A stretch of DNA of 64,000 bases, from contig OZ245056.1 of assembly GCA_965224705.1 (NCBI GenBank), forward strand, positions 2,496,001-2,560,000, written 5' to 3'. Source of the DNA: Spirochaetaceae bacterium. Lineage in GTDB: Bacteria; Spirochaetota; Spirochaetia; DSM-2461. The notes under the pieces were generated by a model that searched no databases, was not told the DNA's origin, and saw only the letters and a program-made list of their open reading frames with translations. Positions 19,853-29,861 of this stretch are shown piece by piece; the stretch's first letter is position 1; each line of letters begins with the position of its first letter. The position numbers and the translations under genes are program-made.

Positions 19853-21010
19853 ATGATCTACCTGGACTGGGCCGCCACCGCTCTGCCCTCCGCCGCTGTC
19901 ATTGACGCCATGGCCGCTGCAGCCAGGGAATGCTTTGGGAACCCGTCATCTCCATACGAGGAGGGCAAAAAAGCCCGTACTGCTCTTGATGATGCCCGCA
20001 GTCGATGTGCCCGTGTTCTGGACTGTGAACCAGCGCAATTGACGTTTACCAGCGGCGGCACGGAATCCAATGCAATAGCCCTTCTTTCCAAACTGCTTGT
20101 CCGCAAGCCGGGAACCATAATCCATTCGGGAATTGAGCATCCCTCTGTAACAGAACCCATCAGAACCCTTGAAGTACATGGATGGTCAATAAAAGCATTA
20201 CAGCCTGATACAGATGGCATCATCCGACCGGATAGACTTGCCAGACTGTTGAAAAAGAATCTCAACACACGACTGGTATCCATCATAGGTGTGAGTAATG
20301 AAATCGGAGCCATTCAGCCAATTGAAGAATTGACCGCTGTCACACGAGATTTTCAGACCGAGAGAGGAAGGCCTATTCACTTTCATGCTGACCTTGTTCA
20401 GGCTGCTGGAAAAATCCCCATAAATCTGACTGGAATGGATGTCGACTCAGCGGCATTCAGCGCCCATAAGTTTCGAGGTCCAAGGGGCATGGGACTTTTT
20501 TATCATCGACAACATCAGTTTGATGTTTTGCATCGTGGAGGCGGACAGGAATCAGGAATACGGCCCGGAACCGAAAACGTTGCTGGAGCCATAGGCATGG
20601 CTCTGGCTCTGGAACTCTACGGTCAGCCCGCTCATGAAGTCAGGGAAAATGGAGAATGGCTGTTACAGCAGCTTTTGAAGATGCCGGAAGTGAGCATAAT
20701 TCCAGAGAGTCGGGTATCGGTGAATAACCCACTCTACGTGCCGGGAATTATTCCTCTCACCTGCCCACCCATTCCCGGCGAAGTTCTGGCAAGAGTTCTT
20801 GCAGAGTCCGGTTATGCAATCTCCACTGGTTCAGCCTGCAGTAATAATCGAAGAGGCAAAAAGACTGGGAATTTGGCTGCACTTGGAATCTCTGATGAGT
20901 TGGTTACCGGGATGATTCGGATTTCGTTGGGAGGAACAACACGGAGGGAGGATCTGGTTGGGTTCATCAAAGATCTGAGAACTCACATTACCACTTTCAG
21001 AAATTATTAG
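19853..21010 (+). CDS. Cysteine desulfurase (IscS/NifS-type class V PLP enzyme)
   Basis: IYLDWAAT, FTSGGTES, FSAHKFRGPRG, RPGTENV, STGSAC (catalytic Cys). Confidence 0.92.
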   Translation: MIYLDWAATALPSAAVIDAMAAAARECFGNPSSPYEEGKKARTALDDARSRCARVLDCEPAQLTFTSGGTESNAIALLSKLLVRKPGTIIHSGIEHPSVTEPIRTLEVHGWSIKALQPDTDGIIRPDRLARLLKKNLNTRLVSIIGVSNEIGAIQPIEELTAVTRDFQTERGRPIHFHADLVQAAGKIPINLTGMDVDSAAFSAHKFRGPRGMGLFYHRQHQFDVLHRGGGQESGIRPGTENVAGAIGMALALELYGQPAHEVRENGEWLLQQLLKMPEVSIIPESRVSVNNPLYVPGIIPLTCPPIPGEVLARVLAESGYAISTGSACSNNRRGKKTGNLAALGISDELVTGMIRISLGGTTRREDLVGFIKDLRTHITTFRNY

Positions 21011-21018
21011 CCTTCCCC

Positions 21019-22275
21019 AGTGTCAGAAAGCTTGTTAATGCAGCAAAAAACTCCTGTCAGGCTCGTTATAACATAGTAAGAAAACAATTTATAAAGGAGT
21101 TTGACCATGCCATTCCCTCACTGCCCCAACCCGAAATGTATCCATTTCAGTGCCCCGAAGCAAAAAAACTGGTTTTCGATACACAGTTCCTACCACACTG
21201 AAGCATTTGGAACAGTCCAGCGCTACATCTGCAATGACTGCAAAAGAACCTTTTCCTCCCAGACTTTTTCAATCGATTACTATGCGAAAAAAGTCATCGA
21301 CTACGAGGAACTTCTCCAACATCTGGTGACCTCTTCCGGTGTGAATGACATCAGCCGTCATCTGGAGGTTTCTTCCGATACGGTGCAGAATCGATGCGAA
21401 AGACTGGCCCGTTCCGCCATGGCAATCCATGCCCGGCTGTTGAAAAAACTCCCCATGAGGGAATCCATGGCCGCCGATGGACTGGAGTCCTTTTCCTTCT
21501 CTCAATACTATCCCAACCACATCAACATCTTTGCCGGAAGTGAGTCCGAGTTCATCTATGAGACCGGGTTTGCCAATCTCAGGCGGAAAGGAAGAATGAC
21601 TTCCCGTCAAAAATTGATCCGAAGGAAACTGGAGGCCAGGGGCAGGGCGGATCCCGGGGCCATTGAGAAATCGGTGAGAAGTCTGACAGAAGATTTGATT
21701 CAATTTCTTATGAAGAAAAAGGTTGTGCATAAGCGGCTTTTCACGGATATGCATAAGGCATACACCCGGGCCTTTGCGAAAACCGAGTATTTTCTCCACT
21801 TCTTCATCCGGGTCATGACATCTTCAAGGTCGGCCAGAACCATGGATAATCCGATGTTTCCTATTAACTACATTGACCGTCAGATCAGGAAAGATATTTC
21901 AGATCATGTCAGGGAGACGGTCAAGTCTGCCAAATCTCCCGCTGCGATGATGATTCGATTCATTCTTTATCGTCACTATCACAACTGCATGATTCCATGG
22001 CGGGTGAAGGAAGCCAGGAAGAAGAAGGATACAACTCATGCTGAGAAGGCCGGGATCACCAGGAAGAAACTTCGCAAGGCAGTAGGCAGGTACTGGTTGA
22101 AGAGGGCCTTTTTGAGCAAGGTCAATCTGGGTGCGGCAGAGAAGAAAACCTGGCTGTGTGAGTGGCGTAATCCGGGAGTGGAATCCGGCCGTTATGATCC
22201 GCTGTATGTGAAGGTTTAGGATGAGATCGGACTCCCGGAATGGGTTGAAGGGGGTTTTACAGGCTTTCTGACACT
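21019..22275 (+). mobile_element. Insertion sequence (~1.26 kb) with 20-bp imperfect TIRs
   Basis: Left end AGTGTCAGAAAGCTTGTTAA; right end reverse-complement AGTGTCAGAAAGCCTGTAAA (18/20 match); single transposase ORF inside. Confidence 0.8.
21107..22219 (+). CDS. IS1/IS1595-like transposase
   Basis: Zn ribbon CPNPKC...QRYICNDCKRTF, HTH (ISRHLEVSSDTV), DDE-like ADGLES / FTDMHKAY / INYIDRQIR. Confidence 0.75.
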   Translation: MPFPHCPNPKCIHFSAPKQKNWFSIHSSYHTEAFGTVQRYICNDCKRTFSSQTFSIDYYAKKVIDYEELLQHLVTSSGVNDISRHLEVSSDTVQNRCERLARSAMAIHARLLKKLPMRESMAADGLESFSFSQYYPNHINIFAGSESEFIYETGFANLRRKGRMTSRQKLIRRKLEARGRADPGAIEKSVRSLTEDLIQFLMKKKVVHKRLFTDMHKAYTRAFAKTEYFLHFFIRVMTSSRSARTMDNPMFPINYIDRQIRKDISDHVRETVKSAKSPAAMMIRFILYRHYHNCMIPWRVKEARKKKDTTHAEKAGITRKKLRKAVGRYWLKRAFLSKVNLGAAEKKTWLCEWRNPGVESGRYDPLYVKV

Positions 22276-22325
22276 CGGTATTCAATACAGGGTTCAGATG
22301 AATACTCCTGATGTGAATGCTCGTT

Positions 22326-23792
22326 TCATTCTTTAAGCTTCCTGACATTCCGGAAACTCTTCAGTAATTCACGAAGAAATATGGATATCCGCCCAACCGA
22401 GGGGATGTACAGTCTTTCATCAGGTGAATGGGGCTGCATTATTGTGGGACCGAAAGAAATCATATCCATATCTGGATAATGGGACCCAATGGCTCCACAT
22501 TCCAGGCCGGCATGAGTGATTTCCACAATGGAGTCCTTGCCGGAAACTTTTTTCCAGATCCGTCTGGCTTGATTGAGCAGTTCTGACTCTGTTCGGGGTT
22601 CCCAGGGCGGATAGTGGTTGCCTGTCGTACAGGTTCCTCCGCAGAGTCGGGCCAGACCCTTCATCATCATTACATAATCATTGCCGCGGCTCATCACAGA
22701 ACTCCTGATGTTTGTAAGAATTTTCACCGCTGATTCCTCGGTATGAAGGATGGCAAAATTCATACTGGTTTCGACAATCCCTTTTACATCGGTAGACATA
22801 TGCATTACCCCATTGGGAATCATTCGCAGGGTATCCAGTATCTTTATGCTGTCAGGGAGGGAGAATAAGCCTTTCAGGGGTATTTCATTCTTAGAGGATT
22901 TCAGGAATAATTTCTTCTCAACAGCTGCATTTTCATCTTTTAGGACAGCCTCTGATTCGGAAACAAGTTCTTCCAGTCTGGTCAGGTGGTTTGAAGGAAC
23001 TGCAACCAGGCTCCTGGCTTCCCGCGGGATGGCATTATGAGCCGTACCGCCGGATATCTCACCTGCAAGTGCTTCCGGGATGACCTCGAAAATCGTGCTC
23101 AAGATTCTGGTCAATAAAACATTGGCATTGGCCTTGTTCAGATGAATTTCAGTTCCTGAATGGCCCCCTTCCAGTCCACCAACATCAATTCTTCTTACTG
23201 CGTATCCCTTCGGAACAGGCTGCAGGCGAACAGGGAAGCTGAGATTTACATCCATGCCCCCGGCACATCCAATCGTGAAAACACCCTCATCTTCGGAGTC
23301 CAGGTTCAGCAGTATATTGCCTGACAGGAAATCCGATTTAAGATTTTGAGCACCAACAAGACCTGCCTCTTCATCAGAAGTGATAAGAATTTCCAATTCT
23401 GGATGCTCTGATTCAGCATCCGTAACGAGATCAAAGAAAATGGCCAGGGCAATGGCGTTGTCGGCACCAAGACTTGTGTTCTTTGCCCGGAGCCATTCTC
23501 CATCCTGCCAGGATGTAATGGGGTCATTCTGAAAATCATGCTTCACTCCGGATCTTTTTTCACAAACCATATCCATGTGCCCCTGAAGAACAATTGTTGG
23601 AGCTTTTTCGTATTCCTTTGTGGCCGGAACCTTGATCAAAATGTTCAATGAATCATCAGTACTCACTGAAAAACCATGCTCTCTGGCCCAGTTCATCAGC
23701 CATGGGTGGATTTTTTCCAGATGGTGAGATTGACGGGGTATTGTATTTATTGCATTGAATATTTCAAGAATTCTATCAGCGGGATCAGACAT
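22326..23792 (-). CDS. pepD: Aminoacyl-histidine dipeptidase (M20C)
   Basis: LQGHMDMVCEK, SLGADN, DEEAGL, NLDSE, GGHSG, HAGLECG, HSPDE. Confidence 0.93.
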   Translation of the reverse strand: MSDPADRILEIFNAINTIPRQSHHLEKIHPWLMNWAREHGFSVSTDDSLNILIKVPATKEYEKAPTIVLQGHMDMVCEKRSGVKHDFQNDPITSWQDGEWLRAKNTSLGADNAIALAIFFDLVTDAESEHPELEILITSDEEAGLVGAQNLKSDFLSGNILLNLDSEDEGVFTIGCAGGMDVNLSFPVRLQPVPKGYAVRRIDVGGLEGGHSGTEIHLNKANANVLLTRILSTIFEVIPEALAGEISGGTAHNAIPREARSLVAVPSNHLTRLEELVSESEAVLKDENAAVEKKLFLKSSKNEIPLKGLFSLPDSIKILDTLRMIPNGVMHMSTDVKGIVETSMNFAILHTEESAVKILTNIRSSVMSRGNDYVMMMKGLARLCGGTCTTGNHYPPWEPRTESELLNQARRIWKKVSGKDSIVEITHAGLECGAIGSHYPDMDMISFGPTIMQPHSPDERLYIPSVGRISIFLRELLKSFRNVRKLKE

Positions 23793-25422
23793 GTAGGTCT
23801 CCTGTTTCTTTGTTTCTTCGCCATCGCATCAATATGAGGGCCGCAGCCAGTAAGGGTATTGTAAGTATGAAAATGACTTTTTCAAGCCAGTCGCCCCACC
23901 GAGTGTAAAGAGTTGTTCTATCATCATATACAGGAACTTCACCTATAAGATGTCCCTGAGTAAACGGCGGAAGTATCTGCGTTACTTTTCCATTGGGATC
24001 GATGACACAGGTGATACCGGCTGTGGATGACCTTACCACGCTGCGGCGGTTTTCTATAGCTCTGAAGACGGCCATGGTCATGTGCTGGATAGCACAGGCC
24101 GGCTCAGGACTCCATGAATCATTGGTTGTATTCACCATTATCTGTGCCCCTTCCCGGACAAAATTCCGAGCAAGATAACCGAAGGTATCTTCGAAACAGA
24201 TGAATGGGCTTACCCTGGGACCACCCCATTTTGAGAGGGAAAACACCTTGTATTCACTTCCTTTCCCATAAAGAGGAGTATCCTGTGATGCAATGTAATC
24301 GGATAGGCGTGGGAAGATTTCTGCATAGGGGAAGTGTTCCGAGAAAGGAACCAGGTGTATTTTCCTGTACCGATCGATGATCTCATGACCATCAAAAAGC
24401 AGGACAGCATTATAATCCAGTCTTTTTCCTGCAATCAGCTCTCCATCGTTATTGCCGATCAGTATGGGAATATCCTGTCCGTCAAGGAAATTTCTGAGCT
24501 TGTTGATGAGGTCAACCTTCATTCTGTCCTTTCTGTACTTGAGATGCCATTCGATGGATGGAACAAAGGAGGTTTCAGACCATACAATTGCATCTGGTTC
24601 TTTTTCCAGGGCTGATTGACTTTCCTCAATAAGTGCTTTTAAAGCAATACGCCAGGCATCAATACCTGTCAGCCAGGTGTTGACATTGTGCTGTATGAGA
24701 GCGGGCCGCCAGATGGGACTCTCCCTGTAATCAACCCTGGATACCAATCCATAGATGTTTGCTGCAAGGATAGATACCAAAAAAGCAGCACCGGGAATCA
24801 CCCATCGCCTGGATGGTTTTTTCCAGCCCTGTAACGGACTGAATCCTGATTTCGGGTGCAGAAATCCCACATCGAGAAGCCAGCCTCCAATAAGGAAGGA
24901 GGGAAAGGCTACCAGCAGACTCACACCCATCACTCCAAATATATCGACAATTGAAATAAGACTCCGCCATCCATACTGCGTATAGCCGATAATTCCATAG
25001 GAATAACCCAGAAAACCCTTGGTTCGAACTCCCTCAAATGCCGCCCAGACTAACCATTGGGCCAGCCAGCCATATCGTGAAAAGCTCCGATCCACCAGGA
25101 GAAGGATCGGGAAAAGAATGAAAAACCACCCGGCGTATATTGTTGGAACCAGTACAAAACTGACCGGATTAAAAGTTGCCAGCCAGAAATTGAAGAGGGC
25201 ATAAGTGATGTATCCATAAGCAGCACCCCACAGGGGAGATGCCCACCATGAAATTCTTCTGACAAGGAGTACAACCGGGATCAGGCTGATCCAGGCTGCT
25301 GGAGCCCAACCCCAGTCTGCAATAAAACTCGGGAAGCCCAGTGCAAAGAGCAGGGAGCCGGAAAGCAGCAGGCCCACATCAATGATCCATTTCAATATTG
25401 GCGGACTCTTTTTCATCCGCAC
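23785..25422 (-). CDS. lnt: Apolipoprotein N-acyltransferase
   Basis: Multiple TM segments; nitrilase triad motifs WSET, KIHLVPFSE, ICFED, TNDSW. Confidence 0.93.
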   Translation of the reverse strand: MRMKKSPPILKWIIDVGLLLSGSLLFALGFPSFIADWGWAPAAWISLIPVVLLVRRISWWASPLWGAAYGYITYALFNFWLATFNPVSFVLVPTIYAGWFFILFPILLLVDRSFSRYGWLAQWLVWAAFEGVRTKGFLGYSYGIIGYTQYGWRSLISIVDIFGVMGVSLLVAFPSFLIGGWLLDVGFLHPKSGFSPLQGWKKPSRRWVIPGAAFLVSILAANIYGLVSRVDYRESPIWRPALIQHNVNTWLTGIDAWRIALKALIEESQSALEKEPDAIVWSETSFVPSIEWHLKYRKDRMKVDLINKLRNFLDGQDIPILIGNNDGELIAGKRLDYNAVLLFDGHEIIDRYRKIHLVPFSEHFPYAEIFPRLSDYIASQDTPLYGKGSEYKVFSLSKWGGPRVSPFICFEDTFGYLARNFVREGAQIMVNTTNDSWSPEPACAIQHMTMAVFRAIENRRSVVRSSTAGITCVIDPNGKVTQILPPFTQGHLIGEVPVYDDRTTLYTRWGDWLEKVIFILTIPLLAAALILMRWRRNKETGDLHV

Positions 25423-25535
25423 AGATTAGCATGCCTTCCGGGACCATACAATAAGAGATTATCAGGGTAAATCCCTTTCCAATAAATGGCGTTTGTATTA
25501 GAATACATGAACAGATTAAAAAGTCAGGAGGTTCT

Positions 25536-26180
25536 ATGAAGAAGGTAGTTATTGTCGCAGCACTCATTATGCTGGGAGGTGTTGTTTGCGCTGATGGTCA
25601 CTTGAAGTTGGGTAGTCCTGAAGGGGACTGGGGGATGCGTAATAGGGGGATTTCCCAGAAAGATGCGGATGCGCCCCGAGCAAAAACCTGGGTTCGTGTC
25701 TTCCAGGATGGTTCAATGAACTACGAATTTACCATGAAGTATGAAGGTGGTGCCGAAGATGGCCATGGAGGTGTTGGAATACATATACTCAGCGATACAA
25801 TGCCTGTGGGGAAGAGCTGGGGTATGGGTGATTCATGGTTACTCTGGCTGAACTACGACATCTCTCCCATCAGTTCTGACATACCTGAGGGATTAAGCGC
25901 TCAGGTGTACAAGAGTTCTTCAGACTCTGATATGGAGTTGATTGATTCGATTTCTCTGAAAAGTATTGAGTCTCTTGCAGCCCCATACCTGTATTCAGAG
26001 ATTCCTGTGAGACTGACCTATGCGGCCAATTTGGGAAGGATATTGATAGCTGACCCCCGGGGGAAAACTGCAGGGTGGTATATTGACCTTCCAGGCGGCA
26101 GAAATGACACAGGGCAATATGTTGCTGTGCGTACAAACGGTGTCAGGATGAGTTTCACGGCACAGGATGTCGAGTTATAA
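25536..26180 (+). CDS. Exported hypothetical protein
   Basis: SD GGAGG, signal peptide MKKVVIVAALIML; beta-rich sequence. Confidence 0.75.
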   Translation: MKKVVIVAALIMLGGVVCADGHLKLGSPEGDWGMRNRGISQKDADAPRAKTWVRVFQDGSMNYEFTMKYEGGAEDGHGGVGIHILSDTMPVGKSWGMGDSWLLWLNYDISPISSDIPEGLSAQVYKSSSDSDMELIDSISLKSIESLAAPYLYSEIPVRLTYAANLGRILIADPRGKTAGWYIDLPGGRNDTGQYVAVRTNGVRMSFTAQDVEL

Positions 26181-26778
26181 ATCCGACAAAGAAACGAAGC
26201 GTATTGAAGTCATATCTTCTTTGAAGGCACTGAGTCCCGAACAGCGGAATCTTGCGGAAGTACAGGCAGGAAATCAGTTGGTGTCAACTCAGTGCTGGAA
26301 ATCAGCTCGCAGCATACTTGTCTACATATCATTGTCGACCGAGTTGGGAACTGAGTATGTTATCAGAAATGCCTGGCATAGTGGAAAAAGTGTTTTTTCT
26401 CCGCGGGTTAATGGAGATAATCTTGAGTTCTGGAAAATTGATTCATGGGAAGACTCATTCATCACGGGCAGCTCTGGTATTTGTGAACCAAAATCCCGGA
26501 AAAAACTATGGAGAATGACCGATTATCCTGAAACGACGTTAATCATCGTTCCCGGTTTAGCCTTTGATATACAGGGTAGAAGGCTTGGCCGCGGGGGTGG
26601 TTTCTATGACAGATTCTTGTCCCGGGTGAGAGCTGAAGCAGGGAGTGCTGGTTTTGAGCATCCTGTATGCCTTGGATTTGCATTTAAGGAACAGATTTTT
26701 ACTGCCATTCCATTTGAATCCCATGATATGAAGATGGATGGATTGGTGTCTCCAGAACTTGCAAGAGAAACGGTGTAG
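26167..26778 (+). CDS. 5-formyltetrahydrofolate cyclo-ligase
   Basis: IVPGLAFD...RLGRGGGFYDRFL; HDMKMD. Confidence 0.92.
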   Translation: MSSYKSDKETKRIEVISSLKALSPEQRNLAEVQAGNQLVSTQCWKSARSILVYISLSTELGTEYVIRNAWHSGKSVFSPRVNGDNLEFWKIDSWEDSFITGSSGICEPKSRKKLWRMTDYPETTLIIVPGLAFDIQGRRLGRGGGFYDRFLSRVRAEAGSAGFEHPVCLGFAFKEQIFTAIPFESHDMKMDGLVSPELARETV

Positions 26779-26802
26779 TAGTCTGATCTTTTGATTACCT
26801 GG

Positions 26803-26977
26803 TAGTAACTTACGCATCACATCCCTGCTGCGTTGCCTGCCTGCTGCACGGCAGACAGGCCAAAATACTCTCCAGCCCAGCTGCGCTCCGTTTTTGCCCG
26901 CCTGTCGGCGGACAGGTCGCCTTGCATCAGAAAGAATCATCAAAAATCGCCACGAAATCTCAAAGTCCGACAGGCTC
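26803..26977 (+). mobile_element. MITE family A copy with eroded left TIR and two nested palindromic inserts
   Basis: Core matches the other copies; right TIR TCCGACAGGCTC; CTGG on both flanks. Confidence 0.75.
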
Positions 26978-27056
26978 CTGGCGAAGATGGGACACTGATT
27001 GCAGGAAGAGTTGTCATATTGGAGATTATGTGTACAATGATGGACCGGGAGGGCAG

Positions 27057-29861
27057 GTGTTTTTAAAACACATTGAAATTCACGGATTCAAATCATTTGC
27101 AGACAAAACAGTTATAGAGTTCAGTGATGGAATTACAGCATTGCTCGGTCCGAATGGCTGTGGGAAAAGCAATATCGTTGATGCAATCAAGTGGGTGCTT
27201 GGCGAACAATCCGTCCGCAACATGCGTGCCGAACGGATGGATGATGTTATTTTCAGCGGAACCGAAGACCGCAAATCTCTAAGCTTTGCCGAAGTCACTC
27301 TTGTTATTGCCAATGATACAGGAATCCTTGTGTCTGAACATCCGGAAATTGCGATAAAGCGACGAATCTTCAGGGAAGGGGACAGCGAATACTTTCTCAA
27401 TGGGACTTCTGTGCGCCTGAAAGAAATTCGTGAACTGTTCTTCGACACAGGAATCGGAAAATCGGCCTATTCCATCATGGAGCAAGGACGTATCGATCAG
27501 GTTCTTTCAAATAAACCTGAAGATCGTCGGCATCTGTTTGAAGAGGCTGCCGGTATTACAAAATTCAGAATGCGCGGCAGTGAAGCGGAGCGCAAACTGG
27601 TTCTCACTGAAGAGAATATTGTTCAGGTGGAAAACATACTGAAAGAAGTTCGTCGAAGCTATGAGACTCTAAAAAAACAAACAGAGCAAACCCGGGAATA
27701 TCGGCGATTACGTGAAACATTGTTTGAACTGGAACGTGACATTAAACTTTTACAATGGAAAGGGTTGGAAAGGAATCGCGATAAATATGATAACCTGCTG
27801 ACTGAGAAATCGAAGAAGCATTCCAGGATCATTGAAAAAATTGACTCAATGAAAACAGCTCTTGCTGATGAACTTGATTCCGTGAATTCAATGGAGTCCA
27901 GTCTTATTGAAAGTCAGAAACAGGTTTATGGAATAGATCTTGAAAAAGAGAACCAGGAGCGCATGCTTCATGGATTTCGTGAGCGGAGAAATGAGGCAGA
28001 AGAAGTCCTGGAAGCGGCAGGAGTACGGGAAAAAAATGTAATGGAGTCTCTCAAGGGGCTGGCTGAACTCAAGAAGGCAAAGGAAGTTGATCTGGAAGAA
28101 TATGCAGATCGAATGAAGGAGATTGAAAACAACATAATTTCCTGCCGGAAAACTATTCAATCGGCCGATCTGCGAATGCAGGAGATATCAGGCGAGAGTA
28201 CTGAAAAACAAAATTCACTGGTAACGGAAGAAAATGCTCATGAAAAACTCCAGGATGAATTGCACACTTTGACAGATAACATCGTTCTGGAACTGGACAA
28301 ACATCTGGGTGAGGCCACTGACAGCAGTGTGCGCCGTAACCTGGGAAAGCAGATATCGGATAAAATAGATGAGATGCGAATTCGAGTGGAAGGCCGTTCC
28401 AACCTGCTGATCGACCAGAAAAAACTTGCCGATGGTGAGGAGGCACTGACCCTGGTGGAGAATACGGCCGCGGAGCTTGTTACACTCACTGAATCATTGA
28501 TTGAACTTGGAAGCCAGTTCAATCAGTATAAGGGATTGGATTCTGACTTCCTGGAAGGATTTCTCACTCCTGAAGGAATTATAACCCAGAAACGAGAACT
28601 CGATGAAAAGATAATTATCTCAAGGGAAAGAACTGCTAACCTCAAAGAATACCTTTCTCATCTGGGTGATGAGAAGAACAATCTTGTCAGCAAGGTGCAG
28701 AAACTGAAGTCCAACCTGGAAGGCTTTCGAGTTTCTCAAGCCCGTACGATAACACAGGCAGCAGCCCTGGAAGATGCGCTTGCTTCACTGGCGAGGGAAG
28801 TTGAGTCAGAAGAAAAACGACTGAATGAAATTCACCAGCAGCAAGTTACGGAAAAAATCAGGATAAAGAATCTCGATAATCAGATTGAGGAACAGATTGC
28901 TGAGCGGAATGCAATGAATAAGACGCAGGAAAAACTCCGTAAAAGCATGGTGAAACTGGAATCCGGGATTTCAAAAGAAAATAGCAGAATGACTGGCCGT
29001 GAAGTGAAACTGAAAGCATTGACAGCTCAAAGAGCCTCTCTGGATCTTGAGAAGGAGAGGATTCAACTGGAATTAAAACACATTAATGAGGAAGAACAAC
29101 AGCTGCTGTTCGATTTTCAGGACCGCCATTCACGAGATCTCAATAACTTTGTGGATATGAAAGAAACTGTCTCTCAAAGCTCCAGGGAGATCAGGGAACA
29201 GCAGACCAGGGCAAAAAAAGAACTAAAATCCCTCGGTCATGTGAATCTGATGGCTCCTGAAGAATTCACAGAGGTTTCAGAACGGTACAATTTTTTATGC
29301 AGTCAACTGAGCGATCTAAAAAAGGGGCGAGAAGATCTATCGAGAATTACTGAAGAGATACATAAGGAATCTACAGTTAAATTCCTAAAAACCTACCAGC
29401 AGATTCAGGATAATTTCCATGAAATGTTCCGACGTTTGTTCGGAGGGGGAAAGGCCGAACTCCGCCTGCTTAATCAGGAAGATCCATTGAATTCCGGTGT
29501 TGAGATCTATGTTCAACCTCCGGGAAAAAAACTTGAAAACATAGCTTTACTGTCTGGAGGAGAGAAATCGTTATGCGGGATTGCCCTGTTGTTTGCCACC
29601 TATTTGTCAAAGCCATCACCATTTTGTATTCTTGATGAGATTGATGCTGCACTGGATGAGGTGAATATTCAGAGATTCATCAATGTATTGGTTGATTTCG
29701 GGAAGATGAGCCAGTTTCTTATTATCACTCACAATAAAATGACTGTAACAGGGGCAGGAACATTGCTGGGTGTTACTATGCAGGAGTCAGGTGTTTCCCG
29801 ACTTCTTACTCTGAGATTGGATGGAAAGGAACAGAGTATAAACGATGAAAAACCCGTTTAA
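27057..29861 (+). CDS. smc: Chromosome segregation protein Smc (short spirochaete type)
   Basis: GFKSF, GPNGCGKSN, long coiled coil, GHVNLMAPEEF, LLSGGEK, LDEIDAALD, ITH; GTG start after GGAGG. Confidence 0.9.
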   Translation: MFLKHIEIHGFKSFADKTVIEFSDGITALLGPNGCGKSNIVDAIKWVLGEQSVRNMRAERMDDVIFSGTEDRKSLSFAEVTLVIANDTGILVSEHPEIAIKRRIFREGDSEYFLNGTSVRLKEIRELFFDTGIGKSAYSIMEQGRIDQVLSNKPEDRRHLFEEAAGITKFRMRGSEAERKLVLTEENIVQVENILKEVRRSYETLKKQTEQTREYRRLRETLFELERDIKLLQWKGLERNRDKYDNLLTEKSKKHSRIIEKIDSMKTALADELDSVNSMESSLIESQKQVYGIDLEKENQERMLHGFRERRNEAEEVLEAAGVREKNVMESLKGLAELKKAKEVDLEEYADRMKEIENNIISCRKTIQSADLRMQEISGESTEKQNSLVTEENAHEKLQDELHTLTDNIVLELDKHLGEATDSSVRRNLGKQISDKIDEMRIRVEGRSNLLIDQKKLADGEEALTLVENTAAELVTLTESLIELGSQFNQYKGLDSDFLEGFLTPEGIITQKRELDEKIIISRERTANLKEYLSHLGDEKNNLVSKVQKLKSNLEGFRVSQARTITQAAALEDALASLAREVESEEKRLNEIHQQQVTEKIRIKNLDNQIEEQIAERNAMNKTQEKLRKSMVKLESGISKENSRMTGREVKLKALTAQRASLDLEKERIQLELKHINEEEQQLLFDFQDRHSRDLNNFVDMKETVSQSSREIREQQTRAKKELKSLGHVNLMAPEEFTEVSERYNFLCSQLSDLKKGREDLSRITEEIHKESTVKFLKTYQQIQDNFHEMFRRLFGGGKAELRLLNQEDPLNSGVEIYVQPPGKKLENIALLSGGEKSLCGIALLFATYLSKPSPFCILDEIDAALDEVNIQRFINVLVDFGKMSQFLIITHNKMTVTGAGTLLGVTMQESGVSRLLTLRLDGKEQSINDEKPV

